Virus record (IMG/VR): IMGVR_UViG_3300023174_003623
Span: 32,001 to 96,000 of that record
Length of the DNA: 64,000 nucleotides
Reading direction: 5' to 3' (one strand)
Source: a virus
Both the position numbers and the translations under genes were made by a program. Positions 16,976 through 27,600 of the stretch are shown here, piece after piece. Numbering within the stretch: the first letter of the stretch is position 1; every line of letters starts with the position of its first letter. The notes beneath the pieces are model-generated. The model was not told the DNA's origin. It saw nothing but the letters and a program-made list of their open reading frames with translations, and ran no database searches.

Positions 16976-17592
16976 GGGCTTCTTCCCTTTTTAATTTTAG
17001 ATATACTTTCTTTCCAAACAGTAGCATCCGATTGCTTTTGAAATCTCTGTAAAGGTAAAAATAAAGCCAATTCCCATTCACTCGGAGGAATCAATGCCAT
17101 TTTAGATTTTATATGTGTACTCAAATATCGTTTTACACAAGGAATATAAGGCTTTAGGCCGCTCTTAGATTTTAATATACTGTAACTTATCTTAGCTAAT
17201 CTTGTTGTATCTTTGTCCATATCAGTTGAGTTTGCAAACTGATAAAGCCCATCCATTAAAACTGCTCTATATGGGTATGGTAAATAATGTAAATTTAAAC
17301 CTAAAAATCCGTCAGATAAAATTTTAAATGGAAATACTATAGGGAATGTGTCATAATAAGGAAGCGTTTTTTTAAGTTTTGGAGAATAGTTATATAAAAA
17401 TAAGCTACCTATAAATTTATTAGAGTTTAAAGTAGTTACTTTTTTATCTCTATCTTCAATAACTTTAGTAGGAGGTAATCGAGACTTGCTTACTTTTTGT
17501 GCTCTATCTCTAAACCACATTCTAGAGTCTTCAACTCTGTTAAATGTCTGGGCTTCGCTTTCCTGCAAAATAGTGTCGTAAAATGTTGGCAT
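16972..17592 (-). CDS. 2: gp2 DNA end protector
   Basis: PK.K.TLPYYD.FP, GFLGLNLHYLP, C.KRYL, W..A.FLP...F. Confidence 0.93.
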   Translation of the reverse strand: MPTFYDTILQESEAQTFNRVEDSRMWFRDRAQKVSKSRLPPTKVIEDRDKKVTTLNSNKFIGSLFLYNYSPKLKKTLPYYDTFPIVFPFKILSDGFLGLNLHYLPYPYRAVLMDGLYQFANSTDMDKDTTRLAKISYSILKSKSGLKPYIPCVKRYLSTHIKSKMALIPPSEWELALFLPLQRFQKQSDATVWKESISKIKKGRSP

Positions 17593-18035
17593 TAAACTAC
17601 GATTCCTAATTCTTTTTCTGTTATTATCAGAAATTTCCAGTTTTTATTTTCACAATATTTATTCGCTGCTTCCCATTTTGCTTGATTTATTCCCCATGTT
17701 TGCACTTCGTATAAATACCTTTTAGTAATTTGTTTTTTGGGTGTTGGCGGCATGGTTTGAGATTTAGGTTTTACCTCAATTACTACTGTTTCTATTATAC
17801 CTTCTTTATTCTTTTTCTTTACCCAAAAATCTGGAAAATAGCGATGAACTTTACCATCTATTGGTGATTTATAGGGAACAAAAAACTCTTCGCTAGCCCA
17901 TTGGATAACGTTGGGATTTCGATCAAGGTAAGTCATCAACTTAAGCTCATAAGAAGAGCGATAAATTATTTGCTGAACATCACCTTTATACTTTTGTGGG
18001 TACTTTGCATTAAAATACCCTTTATAAGTTTTCAT
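17592..18035 (-). CDS. 4: gp4 head completion protein (TnsA-like nuclease fold)
   Basis: KYKGD...IIYRSS.E, W.SEE..PY.SP.D...HRYFPDF, EVKP..QT, N.AKW.AA, TEKEL. Confidence 0.93.
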   Translation of the reverse strand: MKTYKGYFNAKYPQKYKGDVQQIIYRSSYELKLMTYLDRNPNVIQWASEEFFVPYKSPIDGKVHRYFPDFWVKKKNKEGIIETVVIEVKPKSQTMPPTPKKQITKRYLYEVQTWGINQAKWEAANKYCENKNWKFLIITEKELGIVV

Positions 18036-18158
18036 TTTTCCATTTTAATCTTCAATGTTATTAATTATCATATAAATAAACATGGTGTACTACCTTTTGC
18101 TTTATGTATATTTACACAACAAAGCAGGATTACCTTTATACTTTTGTGGGTACTTTGC
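17982..18158. repeat. 27-bp exact direct repeat duplicating the 5' end of gene 4
   Basis: ACCTTTATACTTTTGTGGGTACTTTGC at 17982-18008 and 18132-18158 (offset 150). Confidence 0.95.
18071..18078 (+). promoter_or_regulatory. Late promoter for the baseplate operon
   Basis: TATAAATA upstream of the gene at 18208. Confidence 0.65.
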
Positions 18159-18182
18159 GTTAAAAAAACCATGGTAGCTCAT
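18102..18182 (-). pseudogene. Truncated duplicate 5' end of gene 4
   Basis: AAGGA RBS then MSYHGFFNAKYPQKYKGNPALLCKYT*; same frame as gene 4. Confidence 0.75.
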
Positions 18183-18187
18183 ATCCT

Positions 18188-18195
18188 TATTTATA
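18188..18195 (-). promoter_or_regulatory. Late promoter for the minus-strand 4-2-54-26-51 block
   Basis: TATTTATA on plus strand = TATAAATA on minus. Confidence 0.75.
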
Positions 18196-18207
18196 AGAGG
18201 AACGAAA

Positions 18208-19428
18208 ATGTCATTCGACTCATTAAATTTTGTAAGTGATGCTGGTAAAAATATTGGCTCCATGGTAACAGGTGCTGCATCATCACTTACAAGTAAATTG
18301 GGTAGCACTATATCTGGTTTATCAAAATCTGGATTGTCTTTAGATGGTATAAAATCTATAGCCACTTCCAAATTAGATTCTTTATCGAATGCCCTCAATC
18401 CCGATACAAATTTATCATCTAATTTTGCTAGGGTTTCTCCCAATGAACTTTTGTCTTCTAGGTCTAATTCTCAAACTGGAAGTGGAGATCCATCTACAGC
18501 TATAGGTGCAAATCAAAAAAATCAAAAAACTCAAACGTTGGAATATCCTCTATCTAAAGATATTCATACGGATTTTATGAAAGTTAAATTTTCAAAATAT
18601 GTTAGACCAAGTGCAGTTGAAAGAGGCACATTTAATACAGAAATGGAAATTTGCCTTCCTCTTCCTAGAGACTTAAGAGATACTCATAGTGTGCAATTAA
18701 ATGCACAGGCTACTAGTATTGTTGGTGCAATGGCAGGAACTTTAGAAATGTTAGGTAATGAATTTGGTAAATTTAGTTCTGATTTATCAATGAAAGATTT
18801 ATTGTCTGAAGGTGGTGGTATTGGTTATTATGCAGCAAAAGCTGCGGTGTCATCATCATCACCATTAGGTATGTCGGGTGAACAGATTGCGGATACTTTT
18901 GGTCAATATATTGGAGCAATACCAAATCCACATATTTCTTTATTTTTTAATGGCGCAGACATAAGAGGTGCTATAGAATTTTCATGGTTGTTTTCTCCAA
19001 GGAATGCTGATGAAAGTGATCGCATAAAACAAATAATACAGCAATTTAAATCAAGAACTTTACCTAAAGTTACTAATGGTAGTGGTAATATTATGGGTTA
19101 CCCTAATATGGTAGAAATTGAACTTTATCCGTGGGCCGATCAAAAAGGTGGTCTTCAGACAATGCCAATTTACAAAAGAGGTATGATTGAATCTATAAAC
19201 GTAAATTACACACCAACCGGATTATCTTTGTTTGCTGATGATAATGCACCAGTTTTTGTTATATTTTCTTTTCTATTTCAAGAAATAGAAGTATTTACAG
19301 CTAATGATTTTGGTTCAGAAAGTTTTGATATCAATACTATAGCAGCCAAGGCTTTATCTACTATTGATAATGCTACTTCTAGTTTACAAACAGTATCTTC
19401 AATACCAAGTCCAGTGACGAGAACATAA
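18208..19428 (+). CDS. 48: gp48-like baseplate tail-tube cap
   Basis: YP, LPLP, NPH..L.F.G, F.W.FSPRN..ES, VNYTP.G, FQE.E; Ser-rich N-terminal extension. Confidence 0.75.
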   Translation: MSFDSLNFVSDAGKNIGSMVTGAASSLTSKLGSTISGLSKSGLSLDGIKSIATSKLDSLSNALNPDTNLSSNFARVSPNELLSSRSNSQTGSGDPSTAIGANQKNQKTQTLEYPLSKDIHTDFMKVKFSKYVRPSAVERGTFNTEMEICLPLPRDLRDTHSVQLNAQATSIVGAMAGTLEMLGNEFGKFSSDLSMKDLLSEGGGIGYYAAKAAVSSSSPLGMSGEQIADTFGQYIGAIPNPHISLFFNGADIRGAIEFSWLFSPRNADESDRIKQIIQQFKSRTLPKVTNGSGNIMGYPNMVEIELYPWADQKGGLQTMPIYKRGMIESINVNYTPTGLSLFADDNAPVFVIFSFLFQEIEVFTANDFGSESFDINTIAAKALSTIDNATSSLQTVSSIPSPVTRT

Positions 19429-20298
19429 ATGAAATATTTTTCTAATCTACCCATAATCAATTACGCAAATAGTTTTGTTCGCAATATTTTTACTCGTGTA
19501 AAGTTTAAACATAATTTTAAACAAGACAATTCGGCATTCTATCCTTATGTTCAGCAAGAAGCTGAAGGCACTCAGTTACGATATGAAAATCTTGCATTTG
19601 ATTATTATGATGATGTTGATGATGTGTGGATTTTACATTTAACTAATGAAGTAATAGATCCTTATTATGATGTTGCATTAACTCAAGAAGACCTTGATGC
19701 ATATATCGAAAAAAAATATGGTTCATTACGAAAAGCCAATCAAACTGTTTTATTTTATAGAAATAATTATGATCAAGATGATCGTCTTTTAACTGAAGCT
19801 GCATATAATGGATTACCAGCAGATACTAAAAGATTTTGGACACCTGCTGTAAACTTTGATAACAACATTATCGGCTATCAACGTTTGGCGGATGATATCG
19901 TATTGTCAACCAATAAACTTTTATCTATTGACATAACGCTAGCTAATACGAACAATACTTTTATTGTTAATGAAAAGGTCACACAAACTACAAGTGGTGC
20001 GACGGGCTTTGTCACGTTTAGTAATACATCAATGGTTTCTGTTCAGCACATTACAGGTACATTCAGTGATACTAGCACTTATTATATAACAGGTGAAACT
20101 TCATTAGCAAACGCAGCACCTTCAATTGTCACAACAGTTTATAATAACATTCCCACAAATCAGCAAATATATTTCTCCGCTGTAACTGCGTATGATTATG
20201 AGAATGAAATGAATAACAAAAAGAAAACAATTACAATTTTGGATAAGCGTCACCAGCCATACATTCATTCTTTGTTTAGAGAATTGGTCACAGAATAA
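19429..20298 (+). CDS. 53: gp53 baseplate wedge subunit
   Basis: MKYFS..P.I.Y, LA.DYY, W.....N...DP, KYGS, YDYE...N..K..I. Confidence 0.88.
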   Translation: MKYFSNLPIINYANSFVRNIFTRVKFKHNFKQDNSAFYPYVQQEAEGTQLRYENLAFDYYDDVDDVWILHLTNEVIDPYYDVALTQEDLDAYIEKKYGSLRKANQTVLFYRNNYDQDDRLLTEAAYNGLPADTKRFWTPAVNFDNNIIGYQRLADDIVLSTNKLLSIDITLANTNNTFIVNEKVTQTTSGATGFVTFSNTSMVSVQHITGTFSDTSTYYITGETSLANAAPSIVTTVYNNIPTNQQIYFSAVTAYDYENEMNNKKKTITILDKRHQPYIHSLFRELVTE

Positions 20299-21593
20299 TG
20301 GGTAATTTAAGTTTTCAGCCCGGAGATGTGGAAATCACTGCCATTGATTTGATTGATATTGATGGTAAAAAAAGACCAGTATCTATTAAAAATCTTATTG
20401 AAAGTGTAGACATATTTGAATCAATAATGTCCCCTGTTATTTGTGGTAGCATTTTAGTTACAGATGCAATAAAGTTAAGAGAATCATATGCTCTAGTAAA
20501 TAAGTGCAAGATTTATTTTGAATTTCATTTACCGTCTGGAATGACACCTACACCATTGAGAAAATTTGAATTGCTTGTTACTGGTATAGAAAACGAACAG
20601 CCTGTTAATAATGGAACCGCACAACAATATACTTTAACTCTCTGTTCAATTGAAATTCTTGATAATTCAAAACAATTATATACTATACCTTTAACCGGTA
20701 AACTTATTAATGATTATGTTATTTCAATAATGAAAAATCAAATAAAAACTAAAAAAGATGTGTTTGTAGATCCAAGCGGAACAAAGGGTACTCAAAATTT
20801 GGATGTTGTCCAAGTAAAACCTTTTCAATCTATTGACTTCCTAAGAAGAAAAGCAGTATCAGCAAAATACATATCATCTACCTTTACATTCTTTGAAAAT
20901 AAAATGGGATTTAATTTTTATCCAATTGAATACATGTTCGAGCGCCCAAATGGTAAATTGCAAGATGCTCTTTTCTTTTATGATTCTGATGTTTCTACAG
21001 ATGTTACCAATATAAGTTTCAGAAATATCTTGGCATACGCACATGTCACACAACAATCTACTGCGAAACTTGTGCAAAATGGTGCTTTAAAAAATACAAC
21101 TAGAAGCTTAGATTTAAAAACAAGAACTTCAAAAGAGGTCGTATTTGATATATCAAAAGAACAAGATAATTTTAAATTTATGGGTAAAAATAATATGGGG
21201 TTTAATACATCATCCTTTGAGGTTGATTTTGCTAAGCTATCAACCACCAATTACTATATGATTAAAAGTTCAAATAATCCAGAAACATATGAAGATGAAA
21301 AGATAGGTTACAGTAAAGCTTTCACCGAATTACTCACACAAAACATTTTGCGTATTATGACTTGGGGTGACAGTATGCTTTCTGCTGGATATAGAATTGA
21401 TTGTAGACTTCCAGCATTTGGTGGTCTTACTAGCCAATCAGGTAAACCAAAATCTGAAATGTCAAAATTAGTATCCGGTGAATATTTAATTTCAAACCTT
21501 CGACATATGTTTACCAGAATTCAAGGTAGATATCGATATTTTAATTCTATGGAACTAATTAAGGGTTCCTTTGGCGAATCGGGGTCAGTATAA
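20298..21593 (+). CDS. Baseplate hub protein (gp27-like)
   Basis: IFESI.SP...G.I, FFEN..GFNF, SG.YLI..LRH; lies between 53 and 5. Confidence 0.7.
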   Translation: MGNLSFQPGDVEITAIDLIDIDGKKRPVSIKNLIESVDIFESIMSPVICGSILVTDAIKLRESYALVNKCKIYFEFHLPSGMTPTPLRKFELLVTGIENEQPVNNGTAQQYTLTLCSIEILDNSKQLYTIPLTGKLINDYVISIMKNQIKTKKDVFVDPSGTKGTQNLDVVQVKPFQSIDFLRRKAVSAKYISSTFTFFENKMGFNFYPIEYMFERPNGKLQDALFFYDSDVSTDVTNISFRNILAYAHVTQQSTAKLVQNGALKNTTRSLDLKTRTSKEVVFDISKEQDNFKFMGKNNMGFNTSSFEVDFAKLSTTNYYMIKSSNNPETYEDEKIGYSKAFTELLTQNILRIMTWGDSMLSAGYRIDCRLPAFGGLTSQSGKPKSEMSKLVSGEYLISNLRHMFTRIQGRYRYFNSMELIKGSFGESGSV

Positions 21594-21594
21594 T

Positions 21595-22395
21595 ATGAGT
21601 AATAATAGATTTATAGGTGACATTCCATTCACTTGGTTTTTTGCAGAAATTGTAAACGTAAAAGATCCTGACATGTTGGGCCAATGCCAAATTCGCATAA
21701 ATGGATTTCACGATGCTTATAGAGACGAAGATCTCCCATGGGCAATGCCAGTATTACCTATTACAAGCGCAAGCTATCAGACACCAGAGTTTGGTGAGGT
21801 AGGAACTTCACCTACAGGAATTCTAGTCGGAAGTTTTGTGTATGGATTTTTTGCTGATGGACCTTCTGCAAAAGTTCCTGTGTTGTTGGGGACAATGCCT
21901 TCAATTAAAGGTGGTGATGTAAAAAGCCATGATGTTCCACAATTAGCTAGAGAAGTCAATACCTTTTCTTCAAGAAAACTTTTAGGCCCAGAACCAGAAA
22001 CAACTTATGGTTCAAAATATCCATACAATAAAGTTACAAGAACTCAAAGCGGTCACACTATAGAAATAGACGATACACCTAATGCAGAGAGAATACATAT
22101 ACACCATAAGTCAGGAACATATGTGGAAATTAGTGCAGATGGTAGAATGGTAACAAAAGTTGAAGGTGATAATTATTCAGTTTTAGCTAAAAATAATGAG
22201 GTCTACATTCAGGGAGATGTGAATATAGTAGTTAAAGGAAACGTTACTATGCAGGTTGATGGTAATTTTAATACTAAAATTAATGGTACTTGTAATATAG
22301 AGTCTGAAAAAGAAATGAATTTAATTGCATCAAAGATAAATCTTAAAAATGCATATGTTGATGATTCTAGTAATGGATTATTAACAGAACAATAA
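21595..22395 (+). CDS. 5: gp5 baseplate spike (OB-fold plus beta-helix, no lysozyme domain)
   Basis: DP..LG...RI.G.H, LPWA, V.GFF.DG, YPYN.V..T.SGH..E.DDTP..ERI...H.SGT. Confidence 0.9.
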   Translation: MSNNRFIGDIPFTWFFAEIVNVKDPDMLGQCQIRINGFHDAYRDEDLPWAMPVLPITSASYQTPEFGEVGTSPTGILVGSFVYGFFADGPSAKVPVLLGTMPSIKGGDVKSHDVPQLAREVNTFSSRKLLGPEPETTYGSKYPYNKVTRTQSGHTIEIDDTPNAERIHIHHKSGTYVEISADGRMVTKVEGDNYSVLAKNNEVYIQGDVNIVVKGNVTMQVDGNFNTKINGTCNIESEKEMNLIASKINLKNAYVDDSSNGLLTEQ

Positions 22396-22422
22396 ATATA
22401 GGATTCAAATAAGGATTCCGAA

Positions 22423-22854
22423 ATGGCGTTACCTTCAGTTGCTGATAGATATTCTGCTCAGAAGCCTAAAAATCAAGCACTATATTCCGACTTCCTAACA
22501 AACTTTAATGCACACCCAGATTCAAAACAATTGATGTCTGTTAAAGATGAAGTTGCTGTCATGCGCTCAATTAAAAGTCTATTATTGACTAATAAATATG
22601 AAAGATTGTTTCAACCATCTTTAGGATCAAACCTAAGAAATTTTTTATTTGAAGATATTTCTCGTCAAACTCAAGCTTCAATTCAAAATGCAATAAGAGA
22701 AACAATTAGAAACCATGAGCCAAGAGCTAATATAATTGATATAACTGTTACAGGATACCCAGACCAAAATGGATATGTTGTAACAATAATTTTCTATTTA
22801 AGAAGTATAGAAAATGCAGTAACCTTAAACATACCTCTAATTAGAGTAAGATAA
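22423..22854 (+). CDS. 25: gp25 baseplate wedge subunit
   Basis: YSD, A..RSI..L..T...ER.FQP..GS, EPRA. Confidence 0.92.
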   Translation: MALPSVADRYSAQKPKNQALYSDFLTNFNAHPDSKQLMSVKDEVAVMRSIKSLLLTNKYERLFQPSLGSNLRNFLFEDISRQTQASIQNAIRETIRNHEPRANIIDITVTGYPDQNGYVVTIIFYLRSIENAVTLNIPLIRVR

Positions 22855-24653
22855 TGTCTTCAAACACAAGTATAAATTTAGTAAACTTAGATTTCGCGAA
22901 TCTCAAAGAGAGTTTCAAAACATATCTTAAAAATCAAAATTTATTTAAAGATTATGATTTTGAAGGAAGCAATATTAATGTATTGCTCGATGTGCTTTCA
23001 TATAATACATACATGAATTCTTTTTACTTAAACATGGTCGGTAATGAAATGTTCTTGGATAGTGCTCAGTTACGAGAGAGTGTCATTTCGAGAGCAAAGG
23101 AACTCAACTATACACCAAGATCGTTTAAATCTGCTAGAGCAACGGTTACGCTAACCATTCAGACTGATGGTACTGTTGCTTCAGTTCTTATGCCTAAAGG
23201 AACTACATTTACTAGTAGAATAGGATCTAATTCTTTTACTTTTTCAACGGATGAGAATAAAGTAATATCAGGAGCAAATAACACATTTGTTTCTGATGAA
23301 ATTGTACTCTATGAAGGGCAATATGTCAATGATACCTTTAATGTAAATACTTCAGATACCACACAAAGGTTTATTCTTTCTAATCCAACAATAGATACGG
23401 ATTCTCTTACTGTTACTGTACTTGAAGATAATGGCACAGAGATATTGACTTATTTAAGAGCAACATCTTTATTTGACAAACAAGCAAATTCACAAATATT
23501 TTTTATTCAAGGTGCAGAAAATGATAAGTATGAAATTGTTTTTGGTGATGGTGTATTAGGAAGAAAGCCAAAAGACAACTCAGTAGTAGTATGTGAATAT
23601 CGTATTTGTAAGGGTGAACTTCCAAATGGAGCATTTAAATTTACATGCGATGGTACTATACCACCACAAGGTGGATTTTCAAATGTAGCTGTATCTACAA
23701 TATCTGCTGCGGCTCAAGGTGCTATTCACGAATCAATTGAGTCAGTTAAATTTAATGCTCCAAGATATTTTACCACACAAGAAAGAGCAGTAACTGCTGA
23801 AGATTATAGAAATCTTCTTATTTTAAATTTTCCTGAAATTAATGCAGTATCAGTATATGGTGGTGAAGAAGCAACTCCTCCTGTATATGGAAAAGTTTTT
23901 ATTGCAGTAGATTTAAAAAATGTAGATGGTGTGCCCGATACTCGTAAACAACAATATTACAATTTTATCAAACCAAGATCTTCACTTTCTATTGACCCAG
24001 TGTTTATTGATCCAGATTTTATGTATGTAGCAATAGAATCTACAGTTAGGTACAATTTAAATACAACTGCTTTAAATAGTGAATCTGTAAAAGAATTAAT
24101 CCTAAGTGCAATCAAATCTTATAATAATAGTTATCTTGATGATTTTAATAGCACTTTACGTTACAGTAGTTTAGTTAAAGCTATAGATGCTGTTGATAGA
24201 AGTATCTTAAGTAATGATACTACTATAAGACCTTTGAGAGTCATACTTCCTGAAATTGGAAAAGATCAAAATTATGTTATAGATTTTGCACAAGAATTAG
24301 AAAACAACTTTGCTAATCTTTCAGTTAGCCATCCTAGTAATTATTTGTCTACAATTGAATCCACTAATTTTGTTGTTCAAAATAAATTAGTAAGCTTAGA
24401 AGATGATGGTAAAGGTACTATAAGAACAATTGCACTTGATGAAACTACTCATGTTGTAGTGAACAATGTAGGGACAGTGGATTATAAAACTGGCAAAATA
24501 CAACTTCAAAAATTAAATATCACATCATATTCAGGTTCTGGTATAAAGATATTTGCTAGAACAAAACGAAAAGATATATCCTCTTTATTAAGAACTATTT
24601 TAACAATTAAAGAAGAGGATGTCAATATTACTGTAGTCTCTGAAAGGGAATAA
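22854..24653 (+). CDS. 6: gp6 baseplate wedge subunit
   Basis: LDF..LK, DYDFEGS, NEMFLDSA.LR.SV.S.AK.L.Y.PRS, FGDGV.G, Q.RAVT..DY, G.VDY.TG. Confidence 0.95.
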   Translation: MSSNTSINLVNLDFANLKESFKTYLKNQNLFKDYDFEGSNINVLLDVLSYNTYMNSFYLNMVGNEMFLDSAQLRESVISRAKELNYTPRSFKSARATVTLTIQTDGTVASVLMPKGTTFTSRIGSNSFTFSTDENKVISGANNTFVSDEIVLYEGQYVNDTFNVNTSDTTQRFILSNPTIDTDSLTVTVLEDNGTEILTYLRATSLFDKQANSQIFFIQGAENDKYEIVFGDGVLGRKPKDNSVVVCEYRICKGELPNGAFKFTCDGTIPPQGGFSNVAVSTISAAAQGAIHESIESVKFNAPRYFTTQERAVTAEDYRNLLILNFPEINAVSVYGGEEATPPVYGKVFIAVDLKNVDGVPDTRKQQYYNFIKPRSSLSIDPVFIDPDFMYVAIESTVRYNLNTTALNSESVKELILSAIKSYNNSYLDDFNSTLRYSSLVKAIDAVDRSILSNDTTIRPLRVILPEIGKDQNYVIDFAQELENNFANLSVSHPSNYLSTIESTNFVVQNKLVSLEDDGKGTIRTIALDETTHVVVNNVGTVDYKTGKIQLQKLNITSYSGSGIKIFARTKRKDISSLLRTILTIKEEDVNITVVSERE

Positions 24654-24656
24654 TAA

Positions 24657-27600
24657 GTGAAAGACATTGTTACTTATATTTCGCCACTGATTGAATCACA
24701 ATTTCCTTCTTTTTATAGAGAAGATGGTCAAGTTTTTATATCGTTTGTAAAATCTTATTATGAATGGTTAGAACAAGCAAATAATGCGCTTTATCATTCT
24801 CGTAGATTATTAGAATATCGTGATGTAGATCAAACTGTAGAAGATTTTTTAGTTTATTTTAAAGAAGAAACTTTAAAAAATATTCAATTTGATACTGCCA
24901 CAAATAAACGTCTTTTTATAAAAAATGCTTTAGATTTTTATAGATCTAAAGGTACAGAACGCTCTATAGATTTATTTTTTAAATTAGTTTATGCACAACC
25001 AGCATCAGTTCGTTATCCGGGAGATGATGTTTTTAAACTTTCGGATAATACATGGAAAATCCCCACCTATATTGAAGTAACGGAAACACCATACAATTCA
25101 GAATTTGATGGTAAACAAATTACTGGTGTAGATAGTGGGGCTACTGCATTTGTTGATAATTATTCTGTCAAGAAAAAAATTAATGATACAACCGATATTT
25201 CTGGTAACAAAGTAAAAGTATCTAAAAATATCCATGTTTTTTTCTTAAGTAATTTAAGAGGAAACTTTAAATATGGAGAAAAAGTAGTACATACTGGCAC
25301 AACTGATCCTAGAAATGCACCTGTTATTACAGGATCATTAAATGAATTAGAAGTGCTTACTGGAGCTTCAAATTATAATGTAGGTGATATTGTTACTCTC
25401 ACTTCAAATACCGGAATGAATGGTAAAGCTGTAGTTTCATCTACATACAATACAACTGGTCAAGTAGAGTTTACTTTATTAGAAGGTGGATGGGGATATA
25501 CAGTTTCTCCAAAAATTATAATTTCAGAAAAAACATTACAAGTTAATAATGTTATAGCGGAAAGTGGTGGGTTAATAAGTCCATTTATTCAATTTGAAAC
25601 CGTAGTCCAACCCAAAGCAAATATTAATTTTCAAGGAATGTCTGGAACATTTCAAACAAATGATTTTGTTTATAATTATTATGCAAATAATAGTTTGTCT
25701 GGATACGGTAAAATAGCATCTATTTCTGTTTCAACTAATGATTCCACTACAGGAAATATTTACGTTTCAGTTATTTCTGGTAATTTACAATCAAATGCAA
25801 GATTTTATAATTCCGGTAATACCATATATGCAAATACGGTAACGTATATTGATAGAACTGCTACTGCAAATATTGTAGCATATACAACAGATAATACTTT
25901 AACACTTTCTGATGTTCAAGATGGTATTTTAATAATAAAAGGTGAAAAAGTATATCAATCTAATTCTACAGTTGAATGGGCAAATGCTACCGTACAAACA
26001 ATATCTAGAAATGGTGCCAATTTAATTGTACAAGTTACAAATACGCAAGGTGTTTTTTTAGCCAATCAACGAGTATTAGGAAGGACTTCTTCAGCCAATA
26101 CTCTTTTAAATTCATATTCTACATATATTGGAATTAATGATAGCTCCACTACATCTGTTAGATCTGTTACCATAACAGCAAATGGTGCAAATTATTCAAA
26201 TGGAGATGTAGTAAGTTTTACTTCTACAACTGGGTATGGTGCATATGCAAGAATATCTACAACGGCTAGCGGTAATATTTATGCTGTTACAGTTGTTAGA
26301 GGTGGTACTGGTTATTTAACTACACCAAGCGCCACTATTGCAAATAGCGCAAATCAATACTTTTTTAATGCAAACTCTGATGTATCGAATACTACAGATT
26401 TTATAACAATATCTAATCATAATTTTGTAAATGCCCAATATGTACAATATAAAGTTACAGCTACCAACACTGCATTAAGTCCATTAACAAATAATGGAAA
26501 ATATTATGTAAGAACAGCAAATTCACTAGGTATAACTATTTCTACTGCCCCTAAAGGTAATGTAATTAATATAACTTCTGGTGCAACTGAAAATGGTCAT
26601 TCGTTTACTGCGGTTGTGTCTGGAGGATATGGTGCTGCATTTACTGCTATTTTAGGTAATGAAATAGATTATAATAATGGATTATTTTTATATGGAAGTA
26701 AATCAAATACTACTGCATATTTAACTTCTGCCAGTCAAGGTAGTTTAGCATCATTTAAAGTTGCTAGTATTGATGATGAAGAAACTGTTTCTTTAAATTC
26801 AGATTTTCTTTATAGTAATAACATTTATGGTGCCGATTATTTAAATATAATAATTGATGGTAGCAGTAATACCGCGCTTTCTGGTTCTAACTCTTATGGA
26901 TTTCCTGCTAATCCTTCAGCAAATTTAACTGATGGAACTATACAAAGTCTTTTAGCTGTAGATGATTATACAATTGGCTCTATAAGTCTAATTAGTAAAA
27001 CTAATCCCGGAGAAGATTATAATATAGATCCTTTAGTGACAGTAATAGAACCAGTTGTTTATGGTTATAAAAAAGCAGATTATTTTTTAACTACAAGAGA
27101 ATCTACATCCAGTTTTCTATCTGGCGAAAATTTGCTTTTTATTTCTAGAAAATCTTTTAATGGTAAAACTGATGTTTCTAGTGATTTTATTAGTATAACT
27201 AATAATTTTTGGGCTAATGGAACAGTTATTACCTACAGTGTTGATGCTGGTAATACCGTAATTGGTAATCTTGCTAATAACACAAATTATTATATTGGTT
27301 ATGCCAACTCTTTAGGATTTAAATTATCTACTACGCTAAATGGGCCTGCTATAACACTTTCTCCTTCTCCAACTTCAGAAATTGGACATTATATTCAAAA
27401 TGGTAGTTATTCCAAACTTGGTATAATTAAATCTATTGTTAATGATAATACTTTACAGGTTACTAGAGCATCTATGTTTGCTGATATTGCAGAATATGCA
27501 AATACATATGTAAAGGGTGAAACTTCCGCATTCGTAACAATGATCGCTTTAGCTGGAACTGATACCACTTTCTCTGGTTTAAATGCTAAAGTAACAGCAA

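Noticed and set aside
18036-18131. Intron or gene-60-style ribosomal bypass in gene 4
   Set aside because: The downstream copy is a complete ORF with its own ATG; the insert is short, AT-rich and lacks group I core elements; no stop directly follows a take-off codon
18102-18443. 113-aa minus-strand ORF from the track
   Set aside because: Mostly antisense to the gp48-like gene; only the last 26 codons (the duplicated gene 4 start) look meaningful
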